A DNA stretch of 64,000 nucleotides. It comes from Anaeramoeba ignava BMAN (taxonomy: Eukaryota; Protista; Anaeramoebae). The notes below the pieces were generated by a model that saw nothing but the letters and a program-made list of their open reading frames with translations, made no database searches and had not been told where the DNA came from. Each line of letters starts with the position of its first letter. The stretch's first letter is position 1. This document shows, in pieces, positions 60,932 through 64,000 of this stretch. Location: contig JAPDFW010000005.1 in the NCBI GenBank assembly GCA_028826165.1, forward strand, positions 36,418-100,417, written 5' to 3'. The position numbers and the translations under genes are program-made.

Positions 60932-61173
60932 TTAAATAAAATGAATTGATTTGATTAAATAAAATAAATTGATTTAAATTGATTTAAATTGATTTGATTT
61001 GATTTGATTTGATTTGATTTGATTAAATAAAATAAATTGATTAAATTGAAATAGATTATTTTTTTGCTTTTTTATTTTTGAAAAAAAATATCAAAAAAAA
61101 ATTCCTTTTCATTTCAATTTAAATTAAATTAAATTAAATTCCTTTTCTTTTCATTTTGAAATTAAATTGAAAT

Positions 61174-64000
61174 TTAAATCTTTGATACTTTTTGAATTAA
61201 AGAAGAAACTAATTCTCCTTTTGATATCCTTCTGCTATCATTTGAAAAAATAATAAAATCATCCAAATTTCGAAATCCAAATTCAGAAGAAATAAAATCA
61301 GAATTCCATTCAGAAAGATCTGACATCATAAAATTAGTTAATTTAAGAACAGATTTTTGAACTTGATCGCTTTGAGTTCTTGATAATATTCCAAATAACT
61401 TTGGATCTAATAATCCATAAACAGTAGGAAAAACATCAGGAAAAACTTCAACTGCATAATTTAAAATATCCAAAATAAATAAATGTTCTTGATCATAATC
61501 AGATTGAATTAAAAGAGTTGTCAAAAGATAAACTATTAAATTAGCTGTTTTTGAATCTGAACAAATTTTCGGATTGAATAACAAATGAACAAGTTCTCCT
61601 TCCCAATCAAAATAATTCGCAAGTCTTTCTCTTAATTGTGATACTTCTTTAACTGACAAACAACTAGATAACAAAATAATATATGCTAATTTACTTGAAT
61701 CAATCCCTGTTTTGCATGAAACATCAACAATACACTGAAGTAAATTGAGTAATTCTGTTTTAAAAGTTGGCATTCTTCTTCCTGATAATAAAATAAATGC
61801 AAATGAATAAGAAAAATGTTCCTTAAAATTAACTCCAATTTCAGAATCAAATTTATCCAAATTTTGTTCCAAATCTTTGTTTTTTTTCTTGATATTTGGA
61901 ATACTTTTTCCATATCTTTTTCTTCAAAAACTCCAATATCATCTAAATTCTGAAGTATCACATGAAGTAGTCTCAAAGTAACTGGGAATAATTGCAAGTC
62001 TCCAAGATATAAAAGTAATATCGCAACCCAAAACATATTCAACTTGAGATTTTCTTGAGGTTTCATAAGTGGATACAAACGGGATAGAGATATAATGGAT
62101 GATATTATCATATCCTTCTGATTCTCATCTAATTTCTCAATGGGAAGAAGTTTACAAAGATGTTCAAGAATCTGAGAAATTGGTTGACTTGATATTGTTG
62201 ATCTTTCTAAAAACTCCATAAACTGTTAATGATGTTTGTTGAAAGAAATTCGATGAAAACGCAAATTCTTGAATGGATGATTTCCATTTTTATGCCAAAT
62301 ATTTCCTTGTTCCATATCCTTATAACAATCAATAACCTCAAGCAAAACTTGTGAAACAGATTCAATACTTTGAATAGGAATTTTTCCATTTTAATTTCTT
62401 TTTCATTTTTCTCAAGAAAATCTAATTGGATATTTGCTTGTTTAAGTTTCTGCATTTGCGATTTTGTAAGATCAATAACAAGCGCATTTGTCATTTCGAA
62501 AGTAGATTTTTGAATTAATTCATTTGTTGATAAATTACTTTTTCTTGCACTAACAGAACTAAAATTTTCAAATAGAAAATTTCCTTTTTCCTCCCTGATC
62601 CAAAAAATAAAACTCTAAATCTTGGTTGAGTAACTTCATGAAGAATTTTCCTTAAATTAATTTGGCTTGCATCGCCTTGAGGAGGTACTTTTGTTGCAAG
62701 AGAATGAATTGTATTGACAACTAGAGATAATAAAGCTGTTCTCATAAATAATGATTGAATTGGATATAAAAGAACAATAAATGTTAAAAAGATCAGCAAG
62801 TGTATCATTTAAAGAAATAAGATTTTCAAAACTGAGATATAATATAAATCTTATGATGATTAAAATATCCTTGAATTTCTCATGGTCTTGAATATTTGAG
62901 TTATCTTTGTTTGTTTGTTCTTTCAATAAAACAATTAATTTCATCATTTCATTGCAAAAATGAATTGAAATTAGTTTTGGATAAGTTGATGAAACTGTAA
63001 CTGCAATTTGTGCAAGCATATCAGAATTTCTTGAGTCAACTCCATAAATTATACTTCGTTGAATAAAAATCTCAAATACAGGAATCAAAATCTCAGAAAC
63101 TGTGGATATTTTCTTCCAAACATGAATCATAATTGCAGGAAGATGCTGTTTTTCTGTAAGAGAAAGATCAAGTAATTTTGTAAGAATTTCTCGAGTTAAT
63201 TGATATTTCTCTTCATAATCTTTGTTTGTTTTATCACTAAGATACAAAGTAATATATTCCTTAAGATTAGGAAGCCATGGAGAAATGTATTCCAAACAAA
63301 GATGTTTTCCATGAACACTTGATTTGTCAAAATATTTCAAACTTTCTCGAAGAAATTCAAGTGTTAAATGTGATTCATTTTGAGCCAATTCCTTGCTCAA
63401 ATCAACTATAAATGATGTTTGAGGTATACATATTCCTTCAGTTTCCAATAAACGAGATTTTGTTGAGAAATTGAAATTTTGGCAAAGAACAGTCATTAAA
63501 TTATAAGCTGATTTTCTAAGTGTTTCATTCTCATGCCCAAGATTAAGTAATGCAATATTGAGAAGTGTTCCTGGCACATTTGATGGTTGTATTTCTGCAA
63601 ATATTTCTCTTTTTTGAAGATGAGCTTTTTGATTATATTCAAATTTCTTTTTTGTTGCTTCAATTCCTTGAACTATTTCTTTGCAAAATTGGCTTTTGTA
63701 TGTTAATGTTTTCTGTTCGGATTCAATGTAACATCTCATTACAAATTGGTCTTGTTGTTGATCTGATAATTCAACACTTTGGATATTTGAAATATAAACC
63801 ATATCAATTAAATTAGTTTGTAAATTGAAAAGTGTTTCTTTTGTTTGAATAATTTGAAGGAAATTGCCAGAAATTGCCATTAAAACTTCTTTTGGTTTTG
63901 AAGATTGAGGAATATATTGAATTTGAGAGAATTTTGATTTGATGTTTGATTGAATATCAAGTGTTTCGATGGTAAACTTTGTTCTTTTTTTCAGAAATAA
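61174..64000 (-). CDS. Second neurofibromin-like paralog, C-terminal part (PH-like + HEAT), 5'-partial, at least four frameshifts
   Basis: PSNVPGTLLNIALLNLG...LRKSAYNL, HLCLEYISPWLPNL, MFWVAI, HFSYSFA, YFDWEGE colinear with the C-terminal half of the first paralog. Confidence 0.85.

Noticed and set aside
1-64000. Inteins, transposases, viral or laterally acquired bacterial genes, alternative genetic code
   Set aside because: No Hint/LAGLIDADG, DDE, RT or capsid motifs recognised in any reconstructed protein; TAA and TGA behave as normal stops

Overview
Extremely AT-rich, gene-dense eukaryotic (protist) DNA read with the standard code and containing spliceosomal GT-AG introns. It is not prokaryotic, and I found no rRNA, tRNA, CRISPR, intein or transposase signal. 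The expanded intronless BTB/RCC1/TLDc/actin families, the ScaA-like scaffold and the TCA-type start motif suggest an anaerobic metamonad such as Anaeramoeba (inference, not proven). About 20 genes were reconstructed by hand: CK1 (partial), a double-PAH protein, a 12-exon ScaA/Sca1-like scaffold, cytochrome b5, a divergent importin-alpha, three tandem N/Q-rich Trp-repeat paralogs, RBM25, a JTB-like protein, a PRMT1-like methyltransferase, a TTBK-like kinase with a CaaX tail, two RCC1-BTB genes plus a fragment, two BTB-TLDc genes, a divergent actin, two neurofibromin-like genes, a CCDC137-like gene and REI1/ZNF622. Most interesting candidates: (1) a cluster of BTB (Cullin3-type) adaptors whose paralogs are near-identical in framework but differ at the same loop positions of each RCC1 propeller blade and in TLDc loops, resembling a diversified recognition repertoire; (2) an orphan 61-nt near-perfect hairpin with a possible promoter of its own; (3) several distinct AT-rich satellites sharing a ~144-146 bp (up to 167 bp) period; (4) an NF1-like protein lacking both catalytic arginines; (5) unusual splice signals (AAG acceptors after A-rich tracts) with microsatellite-inflated introns; (6) a uniform TTTTCATTTT Inr-like motif before nearly every gene. 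Many short ORFs in the supplied track are translations of simple repeats, and several frameshifts are probably assembly errors.
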